A stretch of DNA of 63,814 bases, the filler included, from Octopus bimaculoides (Eukaryota): assembly GCF_001194135.2 (NCBI RefSeq). It is 6 parts of 6 records of this genome, joined end to end, with 100 filler letters (N's around TTAATTAATTAA, not from the genome) between each part and the next. Parts side by side here need not be neighbours in the genome. Positions count along the whole stretch, not along the records: positions 37,288 to 44,034 come from NC_068983.1; positions 44,135 to 57,118 come from NC_068981.1; 4 more parts are not named here. One strand, given 5' to 3'. The notes under the pieces are model-generated. The model searched no databases. It saw only the letters and a program-made list of their open reading frames with translations, and was not told the origin of the DNA. Each line of letters starts with the position of its first letter. The stretch's first letter is position 1. Position numbers and translations under genes: made by a program. Shown here piece by piece: positions 38,525 to 51,415 of this stretch.

Positions 38525-38660
38525 AGGACATTTACCCCCGGAGGACAACAGATGATGATTAAAAACTTCTTAATATATTGGAGAGGGGGTAATTAACCAA
38601 GGGGGGTAATTGTCCTAGGAGGTAGTTGTCATCGGGGGAGTGTAATGGTCCTGATACGCA
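38525..38660. mobile_element. Small MITE-like element with internal inverted repeat
   Basis: ggacatttaccccc (38528) versus gggggtaattgtcc (38602). Confidence 0.45.
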
Positions 38661-38802
38661 CTGGGCAGTTGCTCGGGATCCTCACGGATCTAGGGTCCCA
38701 ATTCTAATCTATGCTTGCAAAATAGCTTGCTGTGAATAAATACCATAGGGTCCAGTGCATTGATTCTCCCAGAGAGCCTATAATGTGAATACGGCCCTGG
38801 GT

Positions 38803-38895
38803 GAACGGAGAGAGCTCTGGGGGTGGATAGTCAAATCCTGGGGGTGGAACGGAGAGAGCTCTGGGGGTGGATAGTCAAATCCTGGGGGTGGAACG
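38803..38895. repeat. 44-bp G-rich tandem repeat x2.1
   Basis: gaacggagagagctctgggggtggatagtcaaatcctgggggtg, repeated exactly. Confidence 0.95.
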
Positions 38896-39134
38896 ATTAA
38901 ACAAAATGTTTAGTGTTGGTTCTGCAGGAATTATGAGAAGGGAAAGATGGGGGTACATCGGATGAACTTCGGTGACGGTGCTACATTACTTGCTAGTTCA
39001 GAGGAAGGAATAGGGGTTAAGGGGTGAAGGTAGATGCGATAAAACGGAAAAGTAAGACAGTATGCCAGAGAATCAGTAGCTATGTGTTAATGATAGACTT
39101 TCGGATATGGTTTAAGACTATATGTTCCTTGGCG

Positions 39135-39200
39135 AGATCCACATAAAATTTTGTTGTTCAAGTTTATGTGCAATAAATTGGTTATATTTCAACAATTATT
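39135..39200 (+). mobile_element. Fragment of the hAT MITE family seen at 60361-60920
   Basis: attttgttgttcaagtttatgtgcaataaattggttatatttcaacaa matches 60391-60427 joined to 60761-60771. Confidence 0.7.
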
Positions 39201-39684
39201 ATTTATTATGTGCCCTTTTAAAGCCTAGCCAGGCTCATGGGCCCGGTTTCCCGGTTTCTATGACGTATGTGTTCCCCACCCCAGCTGGACGGGGTCAATG
39301 AAATAAAGTACCTGTTGAGCATTGGGGTCAATTAATTAACTAACCTCCTTCCAAAATTTCAGGCCTTATGCCTATAATAGACAGGATTATTTTAGTTAGA
39401 CTTATATGTATTGCAATAATATCTCAATAAAAGGAATCTAATTTTGTAAATTTCGTCATATTTGGTGCAGTAAGAAAAAAAGGACACAGGGGGTAAAATG
39501 TAATCAAACTGGAACGAGAGTAACACTTTGATTGGCCATATGTTTAGACAAAAATTAGAGTTTTGTTTAAAAGATCTTGAACGAGAGTAATCTAATGTTG
39601 AAAACCGAGACAAAATGGGTATTATAGAAAACGAAATTATGAAATAAAATCGGGCGATCCTTGACACACCGAACAGTAGTAGTA

Positions 39685-39813
39685 GGTACTACTTAAATAC
39701 AGAGGTCCCGTCCCGACCATGTGGGCGTGTATTGACCCTAACCCTCATGAGTGTGCACTGTAAAAACATATCGTTACGTAGATGCATCGGGACCTCTGTA
39801 TTTAAGTAGTGCC
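39685..39813. mobile_element. 129-bp MITE with 25-bp TIRs, TA flanks
   Basis: ggtactacttaaatacagaggtccc ... gggacctctgtatttaagtagtgcc (24/25). Confidence 0.85.
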
Positions 39814-39929
39814 TAGTAGTATTACACAGGGTATTCGGCTAAATTTGATTGTTTGCACAGAATGAAGAGAAAACATATCCTATCCAAAAATAAAAGTATT
39901 TAAAAAAAAGCAAAACAAAAATATCAACT

Positions 39930-40135
39930 GGGTTATGGCTGGGAGATAACAGTTTGACCAAAGTAACCTCCCTCAGTTTCCATCACATCCTCAAGACGGC
40001 TCCAGAATCTGGTGCATGTGTTCCTTACTGTGTCCCTGAGAAGATCTTCGAACATCTCCTTGACCGTGGCCACCAGTTCGGCCTTGGTATTGTGGATAGA
40101 GCTACTAGTATCGGTCTCAACTGCGCCCCACACGC
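39930..40135 (-). mobile_element. maT/mariner transposase C-terminal fragment
   Basis: WGAVETDTSSSIHNTKAELVATVKEMFEDL..CTRFWSRLEDVMETEGGYF. Confidence 0.85.
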
Positions 40136-40214
40136 AGAAACCTATAAAATTATATTCCGGGAAATTAGGAGAAATATCAACTAGATTAGAACTGTGAGAT
40201 AATATTTTACTCGA

Positions 40215-40780
40215 AGTAGTTACCCTCAGCTTCTACCACGGCCTCAAGACGACTCCGAAACCTGGCGCATGTGTTCCTCACTATATCGCTGAGAAAATTT
40301 TCAAACATCTTTTTGATCCCGTCCACCAGCTCGGAGTGGACGTTACATGCAGAGCGGTTGGCGTCTTTCTCAACCGCGCCCCACAATTAGTAACCCAGGT
40401 GATTACAACCGGAGGAATTAGGAGGTTAGAAAATGGAGCTGGCGAAGTCGTGAGAATTCTCCAAAAACGACTTCTGACTCTTTCTGGAGGTATGGCAAGG
40501 ATCCTGCAGCCATACATATGGTCTTCCAATTGCAGCCATCTCCAGCCAGGTTTGATCACAGTTTCCAACAGCTTCACATAGCCGTCTGAATTGAGCATAA
40601 GGCCCTGTTCAAAGACGTGAGACAGAATGACGTCAACCCCACTGGAAACACATCCAAAGACCATCAGAGTTCGAGGGAACTTAGTTTTCATGATACGTGG
40701 GACACGTCTTGTATTCTTGATAGCTTCCAGTCCTCCATGTCAGCTAACTTTTTCTCAACTATAACTTTAATCTTTAGGCT
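40215..40780 (-). mobile_element. maT/mariner transposase catalytic fragment
   Basis: MKTKFPRTLMVFGCVSSG..HVFEQGLMLNSDGYVKLLETVIKP, then a frameshifted DD37D region and C-terminus homologous to 40010-40130. Confidence 0.85.
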
Positions 40781-41190
40781 CTCCAACGCCGTTCACAGAT
40801 ACATAAAACTGTTTCTGAAAAAAGGTGACAAAAAATCAAATTTAGCCACAACACCAAATATATTTCTCGTTTTAGCAAATAGTGAGTATTAAACGTTTGT
40901 AAAGTGGGAGAAACTGGAGCGGACATGTCGAATGTGCACCCAAACCACTTTTGTTATATGTAGACTTTTTTGACTTTTTAAAAATTTCTTCAGAATTCTG
41001 TATTTTCAACAACGTAGATTACGATTTTGCACCGCCACCTTAAGATTATTTGAAACATTTAAATACTTACTTGTCCAACACTATGGCAACAAGGAGATTT
41101 GCAATGTGTCAGTGTTTCTCGAATATGTGAACGTGATCAGACGTCTTTTTGCCTCAAACTGGTCGACTCGTGTTTGCTGTACGACTTTTT

Positions 41191-41530
41191 GATTATTACC
41201 TCCGCCTTAGCGAAGGCATTATTTTCAGTCACATTTGTTTGTTTGTTCGTGGACAAGATATCTCAAGAACCACTGGATAGATTCGGATGAAACTTTTAGG
41301 AATGTTTGGCCTTGTGACTGGCACGAACTGATTAGATTTGGAGATCAATCCGGTATTCTGGATTATTTTTCCGGTTTTTTATTCAATTTTTGAGAGTGGT
41401 CGGGTTCATTTTTGATATTCTCGTTTCTGAGAGCTGTCAAGTTTATTTCAGATATTCTCATTTTAAAAATCATCTAATAATTGAGAAGACAGCCTTGGCG
41501 GAGGATTGCGCTCTCTGAGTGCTCTTATTT
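41191..41530 (+). mobile_element. Helentron-associated non-autonomous element (HINE/DINE-1-like)
   Basis: 5' ttattacctccgcc, a (gttt)n tract, 3' sub-terminal inverse ccttggcggagg followed by the hairpin gcgctctctgagtgc and a T-rich end. Confidence 0.75.
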
Positions 41531-43339
41531 AATTCATCCACTGTTACTTTGATATTTTTCACCTTCGCCTCGGTTTCCATTTTTACATAATTTACTTTAT
41601 ATCAATTTACAAAATTTCCATTTTACTACTGTTTAAACCGTGTTTTTTTTTTAAATTGTAATCGTTTTTACCTTTTATATTTCGTGTTTTGTCTCAGTAG
41701 CAATTTGAGGGCTAATGGGGAGTGTGGTGTGTAAAAAGAGGCAGACTAACACGAAAATGCTAGAACTGATGTGACAATAATCTTTACGGAATGCGGAAAA
41801 GCATTGGACAAGAGATGAAAGCTTAAAAATATTGCAGCTGAGGTTGGAATTGAAAAAAAAAATGGTTTTCATTCCGTTCAAATGCAAAAAATATACTCTC
41901 CCTTTAGAGTTTGACTCACGCCATGAAGAAAATTCAAGATGGAGATTCCTATATTTATTCCCAAAGGTGGATGATGGGAAGGAATTGAAGTACGCATTTA
42001 TGATGAAAATGTGATCTGCTTTTCAAAAGGTTTAGCTGACTTCTTATATTTTCCCAACAGGCGTAAGCGTGGCTGTGTGTTAAAAAAAGCTTGCTTTCCA
42101 AATACATGGTTCTGGGTTCATATATATATATGAAAATAAAAATATGCATTGTTGAAATTGAGGTACGTCTAATATGCCCGTGTGTCTCTTTTGCCATCAA
42201 ATACGATAGTCAAACTTTTACTGGAAGAGTATAATCAATAATTGTCATGAAATTAATTAACAATTTCGAGAGCGATAAAGGGAAGTGATGACATTCATAC
42301 CTTTACCAAAAGGTGTTTGCAAGGGGGAAACAGTTCCAACTAAAAATGGTAAACAAGACATGAAATTACTTTATCTTTCTGTGTGGCTATCACGTACCTG
42401 GATGAACAGAGTAAGTCGCAGAAGTATCACTAATTGCAGGTAAATTACATCCTCCAAACCGTCTCATTTGAGATGTTTGGAAAAGTTGGACTTCTAAGTT
42501 CTTCACTTTGGCTGACTCGTCAGACCAAAGCGCATGGCTCTTCCAGCAAATGTTTCAGTTTCGTGTGTTCGTAGTAAAGCTGAAAGTGTCTTTGGTCGAT
42601 TACGTAGATAAAACCCCAAGGACTTAGATCAATGTTACTTAAACTGTGCACTGCAAGGGGTATCTGTATGCATTATAGTTTTTAATAATATAATTTAAAG
42701 CTTTAGAGAATCCATAGATTTAAATGTCGAGAGTTCGTAAATTTGTTATACACAATATGATTAATTGTTGGAAGCAAAACTTCAATATTTTTTCTTATTT
42801 ATAACTTTTAAAAACTAATTTTAACTTTTCCAACGAAGTGTACCAGTAATTTTTTTCTCGTAAATCTAATCTCGAATGTATCAAGAATAAATTACGAAGC
42901 CATAAAAAAAAAAAAATGAGAATTATTGATAAAGACAGATTTATTCATTAATCATTAGCTAAGATAATTTGAGAAAGTGTAATACGAAACTAAATGTCAC
43001 ATAAACAGTGGAGCATTTACAATGAACTGTTAAGTATTGATAGTGTTGTATTTCGGGACGGTCATTTTTTTTTCCAAATAAACACACGCACTATATATTC
43101 TTTCTTTCACTCGTGCGTGTGTTTATTTGGCAAAAAAAAAAAAAAAAGACCATCCCGAAATCCAACAATATCTGTTCCGACTCACGATTTCCCATCAGGA
43201 ATCTTTGCAGCACAAATTCATAAACGTGATGTTAAGTATTGAACTTTTATTCTCGTCCTGTCAAAGCTTTCTGCGTTCTAGCTAAACATGAACCAGCTGA
43301 TGTTGGCTTCCATCACCTCGGGACCATATTTTGAGTTAA

Positions 43340-43637
43340 TTCTATGGACCCTTAAGGGTCCATAAGGGTCCATATAAGATTTCTGGGGTTCCACGCAAAC
43401 AAAACAGTAAATTGGTGATCCACAGTAATATTTAAGGATCCATGAAAAGTTTTCATTTAAATGTACTTCTCTAATATTTTATACAGTTCAATCTCTACAA
43501 GTGAATGTGTGAATAACATAGAATTTTGAAAGTATCTATAGAATTAGTTTCTAAATATCGATTGGCTATGGGGATCCACCAGAATAAAGCAAACAAACGG
43601 GTCCATTGATTTTTTTTTTAATGGTTGAGAACCGCTG
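43340..43637 (-). mobile_element. hAT (Charlie-like) MITE, one clear terminus
   Basis: The minus-strand terminus cagcggttctcaac matches the TIR at 60361. The other end is uncertain. Confidence 0.55.
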
Positions 43638-44034
43638 GTCTAAGGCATTGTATGATCCTTCATCTCTAGAACATTTTCTCTTCAGAATCTCCTCCCTCTC
43701 TTCAGTTCTTCCAGCAAATGATTACCTGCAAGAGTTTAAAAAGAACATTAACGGTATCAGTCTCACCAGACACAGAGGGCTTGCAATGGTCATAGGTTCT
43801 GTTCCTTTCTCCAGAATCAGCAAGTAAAATAATAATTTTTAAAAAAATAGACATATCTGTGATACAAATCGTATTTTGTGTAGGTTGGTGAATGCGTGGT
43901 TTTCTATAAAGGAAGGCGACAAACGACAACAACTGTAAAGGAAAACCACAACAGATACTTCTGAATGTTATAACTAACGAGATGCGGATAGATTTCGAGA
44001 AAGTGCTCGTGTTCTCAATACGAGCCCTTATTTT

Positions 44035-44134
44035 NNNNNNNNNNNNNNNNNNNNNNNNNNNNNNNNNNNNNNNNNNNNTTAATTAATTAANNNNNNNNNN
44101 NNNNNNNNNNNNNNNNNNNNNNNNNNNNNNNNNN
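44035..44134. other. Artificial scaffold-join spacer
   Basis: 44N-TTAATTAATTAA-44N. Confidence 0.95.
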
Positions 44135-45298
44135 TATATATATATATATATATATATGTGTGTATATGTATATATACACACAATCACCTACATTCTTGCA
44201 CACATATAAAAGTGTATATTTAAACGTGTGTGTGCGTGTGTGTGTGTGCCGGAACGTGTTACAAATTTCGTGCAGGGTGTGTTGATGTTTTAAAAGAACG
44301 ATCTTTTAGCCTTGAGTCCCAGTTTGAACGTATTTAACCCTTTTCAATTATCAGTTTGACGCTATTGGGGAAACGTAACTATAGACCTTTGCAAGCTGAT
44401 TCCTTTCAAAGCGACAGGCTATCTTTTCCACTACAGGGTTAAAAGTTTTTCTGGGCGTGAGCCATATTTAGCGATAGCTTAAGGCAACTAAGCAAAATTG
44501 AGAGGTGTTTATGTGTAGATAGGTAAGTATTTACGTTTGTGTATGTGTGTTAGTATATAGGATATACATATCTTTATACATACGTACATGTGCATACATG
44601 TATATGTATGAATATGCGTATAATGTATATAAATGCAGTATTATATATATATATATGCATACATATATATNNNNNNNNNNNNNNNNNNNNNNNNNNNNNN
44701 NNNNNNNNNNNNNNNNNNNNNNNNNNNNNNNNNNNNNNNNNNNNNNNNNNNNNNNNNNNNNNNNNNNNNNNNNNNNNNNNNNNNNNNNNNNNNNNNNNNN
44801 NNNNNNNNNNNNNNNNNNNNNNNNNNNNNNNNNNNNNNNNNNNNNNNNNNNNNNNNNNNNNNNNNNNNNNNNNNNNNNNNNNNNNNNNNNNNNNNNNNNN
44901 NNNNNNNNNNNNNNNNNNNNNNNNNNNNNNNNNNNNNNNNNNNNNNNNNNNNNNNNNNNNNNNNNNNNNNNNNNNNNNNNNNNNNNNNNNNNNNNNNNNN
45001 NNNNNNNNNNNNNNNNNNNNNNNNNNNNNNNNNNNNNNNNNNNNNNNNNNNNNNNNNNNNNNNNNNNNNNNNNNNNNNNNNNNNNNNNNNNNNNNNNNNN
45101 NNNNNNNNNNNNNNNNNNNNNNNNNNNNNNNNNNNNNNNNNNNNNNNNNNNNNNNNNNNNNNNNNNNNNNNNNNNNNNNNNNNNNNNNNNNNNNNNNNNN
45201 NNNNNNNNNNNNNNNNNNNNNNNNNNNNNNNNNNNNNNNNNNNNNNNNNNNNNNNNNNNNNNNNNNNNNNNNNNNNNNNNNNNNNNNNNNNNNNNNNN

Positions 45299-45343
<45 letters not shown>

Positions 45344-45609
45344 ATTATAAATATATATATGCACACACACACACATATATATACATATCTTGATATATTT
45401 GGATATTTATATTTATGCAAACACAAACGCTCCACATACACATACATGTATATATATATATGAGAGTATATGTATATGTATACAAGTGCGTGTGTATACA
45501 TATATGAATTCATACATACTTACATACACACATACATTCACACACATACATACACACTTACATTCACACACATACATACACACACAAACGCACGCACACA
45601 CATACATAT

Positions 45610-45840
45610 AAGCCTAGAAATTGTTCTATCGATCCTTTGCTGAACCACTATTCAATGAGAAAGTAAAATAACCAACACCGGTTTTCAAGTCGAGAGAGGC
45701 AAACGTAAACACACGTACACATAATACGACGGGCTTCTACACAATTTCTATTTACCAAATTCAATCACGTTGTTATTGGTCGGCCCGTGGCTATAGTAGA
45801 GTTGGGTTATATCGAAACCACGTGGTTTGCAACGCTTACT
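45610..45840 (-). mobile_element. SINE family B, diverged
   Basis: ttctatcgatcctttgctgaacc...tacgacgggcttct...ttggtcggcccgtggctatagtaga. Confidence 0.75.
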
Positions 45841-45894
45841 TGTTATCCACACACCTACACCAGTTCCTCCACACAGCTATGCATGTGCCTCCAT

Positions 45895-45947
<53 letters not shown>

Positions 45948-46330
45948 TGTTTGTGTATGTGTGCATGTATGTACGTATCTATCTATATATATATGTATTG
46001 TTTGTTCCTTCTTGAGACATGCCTTGCTCATAAGGGCCGGTCACCCGGTTTCATATTCATATATATGTGTGTGTGTGTGTGTGTGTAGAAGGTTGGAAAG
46101 TAACACACGAGTTGATGTGTATGGAAAAAAAGAGTCAAGGTAGAAAATGCTAAAATAATTTTATGAAAAACATTTCGGTACCGGTTTCAGTCATTGAGAT
46201 GGGAAGGATGACTTCTCTTTGCATAAACTGATAGGGCACAGAAAGCATGTCAGTAGCCAGCTGGAGGAGATGTCTCCCTGGGGCTACAAGCAACAGGTGC
46301 ATCAACCCTTAAGGTGGCAAATATATTTCA

Positions 46331-46361
<31 letters not shown>

Positions 46362-47443
46362 NNNNNNNNNNNNNNNNNNNNNNNNNNNNNNNNNNNNNNN
46401 NNNNNNNNNNNNNNNNNNNNNNNNNNNNNNNNNNNNNNNNNNNNNNNNNNNNNNNNNNNNNNNNNNNNNNNNNNNNNNNTATATAAATAATCCTTTGTTT
46501 CTCTATCTGTTCCTAATGCATTCTCAAACGGCTGAACCATATCAAATCAAATTTTATATGGTAATACTATCAGACCCCAGGAGTGTCAACATGTAACGTT
46601 TGGGGATTAAAACAATGCAACATTGACACTGCTTCTGTATTACGTTTCAAATTTCGAAGAATAAAAGGGAAACATTCGACGGAATAACAGTCATAAATTG
46701 TTTCACTTTTATAGTTTTACTTCTAATAGTTTCACTTTTATTCTTTCACTTTTAATACTTATTCTCCATGATGAATTTTAGCGTGTGTGTATATTGTGTG
46801 GTAAAGAATTATGACGTACATTTGCAATCTATTTTTCACGTTGTCATCAACTTACATCATCGACAAACAGATGAACCATTGTGAACGCTTCGGGATGAAA
46901 TATTTCGCTAACATCACTAACATTGTGGAAACCATGTTCATGCATGTATAGCTGCAATATAATTCTTTGTATCTATTTCCGTGTCACGACTTAATGGACT
47001 CTAACGTAATCCGTTTAACAGATATTAATTTTTGTGTTACCTATGTAGATAACCACTCTCTCCTCTTGCGCGTTTTGGTTGATTTGCACATATATCATGT
47101 ATAATGTCAACAACTGGTATGTATAGCCTAAATAAACGACTAACTGTTGTTAATTCAACAGCAGCTTACGAGGTGATTAACTAACGAAACATCTAGATGT
47201 TCTAGACTTAATATGTGGAAAATATTCAGTATTAGTTGTTTACTGTGTATTGTGTAGTTTAATTCACATAAAGTATAGCATCGACAACCTGCTGAGCCGT
47301 TAAGCACACTCAGTAAATGAATATCTTGTTTAAATGAGCTAAAATTGTAATTGTTACGTCCACGTGCGACTATCTGGCATATGTAGCTATGTGTACGCAT
47401 ACGTATGTGTGTGCATACACAAACACACTGACACACACACGCA

Positions 47444-47511
<68 letters not shown>

Positions 47512-48469
47512 CACACATATATGTGCGTATGTGTGTGTGTGTGTAGTGAGAGAGAGAAAAAGAGAGACAGAAAGAATGAGAGAGGAAGAAAGAGAGAGAT
47601 ACTTGTACACAAATAAATACAGGCCAGTATGATTTTTTTTTTGTGTATTTTACATGGCTGATTTATAAGCTAAGCCGTGAAGCGTGTCATCAGATGAACA
47701 TAAATAGATAAAATGAAATAAAGAGCATAAATATATCGAAGAAAGGTCAGAGGAACAGATGTTAAAGTAAGTTCGAGTACGGGTTTAATCTCGACAATGA
47801 AAAAGTAATAAGAATTAAAATAAAGACAGAGAAGTGTCTAGATCTATATTTAATGAGGACATCACGTGCCGAATATAGAATAATCGTCTAATTACATGTG
47901 TGTACGCCTGTTCATGAGTCTATGATAATGCATTTAGGACTGTGAAGGGCTTTGTATCTATTTCTTTGTAACATCTTGGGTCAGCGTGTTGAGAATTCAG
48001 TTCAGGTTAAGGATGAATATAATGGGGTGTGTAATGATCAATGAATTCCGCTTGTCAGTGGCATTGTTCTTTAATGAAAGATCGACTCTGATAGAGCAGA
48101 CATATAATATCCCAGTCGTGAACATCACTTATCATACTACTTCTAGTTATTAGGAGGCACTGTTTTAGCCATTGTTTACTTGTTTTTTTTTAAATTTTAT
48201 TAGAGTTTCTAATACCCATTTTTAGTAGTTTCGTCGACCATTAAATTTCCTTGTTGGGTAGATACATCTGGGCTGCTGTTGTTTTGTTTGGTCCCATGAG
48301 AACAGGATTGCGCAAATTTATAACGTGTGTAAATGCATGTGTGTATATCCTTTATATTACTAACGTTATTATCAGTGGGAATATGCTCGAGGCACAAAAC
48401 GCAGTGAGCAGCTTGTTCTCCAGTTCGAACGTGGGGTAGCGTCTGGAAGAATTTATAGTCGAATTAATC

Positions 48470-48600
48470 GATGCCAGTACTTATTCTATCGGTCTTTCTT
48501 GCCGAACTGCACAGTTACGGGGATGTAAACACACAAATACCAGTTGTCAAGCGGTGGGAAAAGGACGAACACCCCCCCACACACACATAGATATACATGC
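48470..48600 (-). mobile_element. SINE family B 3' module
   Basis: agtacttattctatcggtc...gccgaac...gttacggggatgtaaacac...gttgtcaagcgg. Confidence 0.8.
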
Positions 48601-48605
48601 ATACA

Positions 48606-48639
<34 letters not shown>

Positions 48640-48904
48640 CATAATATATATATACATAAATGTATATAGTGAGAATTTACAAAAAACAAAAGACGAAGAC
48701 GGGTGTGTAAACAACAAACAGATGTATTAGTTTAACGCTCAGGAATTGAGAAAGTCTTTTATATTTCGAGCCTAGGCTTTTCGTCAGAAAAGATCATAGA
48801 AATAAGCAGGGAAAGAAAATAGTTAAAGGTATAGTGGCTAGCGCTCTCGGAGAAATGCAGGCGATGCACGGCAACACGGTGGAGCGGCGGAGAGCACAAT
48901 CGGC

Positions 48905-49075
48905 CGAATATACTTAAAGCTTCTTTCACTTTCCGTCTACCAAATCCACTCACGTGGCTTTGATCGGCCCGAGTCTATAGTAGAAAGCACCTCCCTAAGG
49001 TGCCATGCAATGGGACTGAACCCGAAACTATGTGGTTGAGAAGAAAGCTTCTCACGACACAGCCACGCGTGCGTC
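48905..49075 (-). mobile_element. SINE family B 5' module
   Basis: tttccgtctaccaaatccactcac...ctatagtagaaagcac...aaggtgccatgcaatgggactgaaccc. Confidence 0.85.
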
Positions 49076-49381
49076 TATACATGGAGGAAGTGTCGTTCGT
49101 ATGCCTTCCAAGATGGTTGATAGTAGTAAGAAAATTTCTGTGACTGAATGTATCCTCTTTTGCTTTGCTGTCAATAGGAATTGGTAAATGGCACTTGTAT
49201 TTATTGTGGCAATTTAACTCGGGGTGAGTATAGGGTGTGTAAAGTGTCCTACTTGGTTGTCCTTCCTTTCTTGGATTATTTCTTTCCTTTATTTTGATGT
49301 TAAGTGTTTTTTATTGAAATATGTTACAGTTTTGTTTATTTTATTCTTGAATTTTCATCGATTTATTTTCCACTAATAACT

Positions 49382-49472
49382 TTTACTACTGCTGCTACAA
49401 CAACAACAACAACAACAACAACAGCAACGACTACAACAACAGCTACTACTACTACTACTGCTACTACTACTA

Positions 49473-49515
<43 letters not shown>

Positions 49516-49622
49516 CACTACTACTACTACTACTACAACCACTACCACTCCTACTAGTTGTAGAAGTGATGGTGGTGGTCGTCGTGGTGGTAGTAGTAGC
49601 GGTGGTGGTCGTGGTAGTAGTG

Positions 49623-49655
<33 letters not shown>
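49382..49655. repeat. (ACA)n(ACT)n followed by (GGT/AGT)n: self-complementary trinucleotide array
   Basis: Directly visible; it explains the poly-Thr, poly-Ser and poly-Val ORFs. Confidence 0.92.
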
Positions 49656-50295
49656 TCAAGCAGCATCATTTTAAAACTTCCTTGATCCCTTGAGGATAGA
49701 TCCTCTTCAAAATGTTTTATACTCTGGGCCATTTTATCACAGCTCTTGTAGGCATCGTCCTCATTATCACTGTCATGATCGCCACACTATCATATATTAG
49801 ATAATATATTTCTAGAACAATATGCGTGAGTGTCAACACTGATATACGTGTATATATGTCCACAAATATATATATATATATATATATATANNNNNNNNNN
49901 NNNNNNNNNNNNNNNNNNNNNNNNNNNNNNNNNNNNNNNNNNNNNNNNNNNNNNNNNNNNNNNNNNNNNNNNNNNNNNNNNNNNNNNNNNNNNNNNNNNN
50001 NNNNNNNNNNNNNNNNNNNNNNNNNNNNNNNNNNNNNNNNNNNNNNNNNNNNNNNNNNNNNNNNNNNNNNNNNNNNNNNNNNNNNNNNNNNNNNNNNNNN
50101 NNNATATATATATATATATATATATATATACAAACACGTATGTGTGTATCGATCGATATATGCATATACATATACATGCATATTTATACACCCATACATG
50201 TAACATTATTATTTTCTCATTCAGACATATATATATTAATATGTGTTTCTATATGTGTGCATATATCCGCGCGCGCGTGTGTATGTGTGTGTGTA

Positions 50296-50340
<45 letters not shown>

Positions 50341-50784
50341 GTGTGTATTGACAGATAGATACATAAAAACATACATGAAAATGTATATCGATGCTTTTAA
50401 AAATGCATATTTGATGAGCGAATTATATGTAATTCAATGAGCATGGTTATGCATTTTTACAGTTGGCGAAATCGTATAATTAATGCGCTACTGAAAAAGA
50501 GACAAAATCACATGTGTCTGCATGTACATGCTGTTGTTGTGTAAATTAATTAAAGCTATCGGTTTAGTCAACACACACCACACACGAAACGCGAAGTAAA
50601 CAACACAACACAAAACATACCACAGCACAAACTGAAACATACACAGTGCACACACTTACGCACACATACACACCCCATAATAGGGGACGGCGTATTCTCT
50701 AATTAAGACTGCTGGAGAAATATAATGGAGATGAAGGTAAGAAAAACATCTCATTGGTGATGACGGTGGTGACAGGTGAGGTTT

Positions 50785-50824
50785 CCTTGCGGTGGAGGTG
50801 GTGGAGTGGTGTTGGTGGTGGTGA

Positions 50825-50894
<70 letters not shown>

Positions 50895-50937
50895 AGTAGT
50901 AGTAGTGGTGATAGTAGTAGTAGTAGTAGTAGTAGCT
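50785..50937. repeat. (GGT)/(AGT)n microsatellite
   Basis: Directly visible. Confidence 0.92.
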
Positions 50938-51059
50938 ATTCTGATTGTGACATCTGCAGTAATAAGCTGATTTAGTCAGAGAACGTTGGAAAATATAATA
51001 TATATGGTATTATATGTTTCTATATAATAGTACGCATATCTAAACGTGTAGAATATCCA

Positions 51060-51250
51060 CACGTTTGTCCTCCACCACCGCCTGACAAGTGCTGTTGGGA
51101 TGTTTACGTCCCCAAAGCTTAGCGTTTCGGCAAAAAGGAAACAAGTGTTAGGCTAAAAAAAAAAGAAAAGCATTGGGATCGTTCTATTAGACTAAAAAAT
51201 TCATCATGGCCTCAGTCTAATGACTGAAACAAGCCAAATAATTAAAGAAT
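51060..51250 (+). mobile_element. SINE family B 3' module
   Basis: gtttgtcc..ccgcctgacaa..tgtttacgtcccc..cttagcgtttcggcaaaa...gactgaaacaag. Confidence 0.75.
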
Positions 51251-51254
51251 AGGC

Positions 51255-51287
<33 letters not shown>

Positions 51288-51293
51288 TGTATG

Positions 51294-51335
<42 letters not shown>

Positions 51336-51374
51336 CATTATACATACACACACACACTCATATATATATATTTA

Positions 51375-51415
<41 letters not shown>

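Noticed and set aside
43640-43740. Minus-strand GNHLLEELKRG after a cag, resembling a Gla-domain start
   Set aside because: The frame stops four codons later with no EREC..C motif, and it abuts a hAT MITE.
49304-49693. Hydrophobic N-terminus plus poly-Thr/Ser ORF resembling a secreted mucin
   Set aside because: The Thr/Ser region is a pure trinucleotide microsatellite with overlapping equally long ORFs on the other strand.
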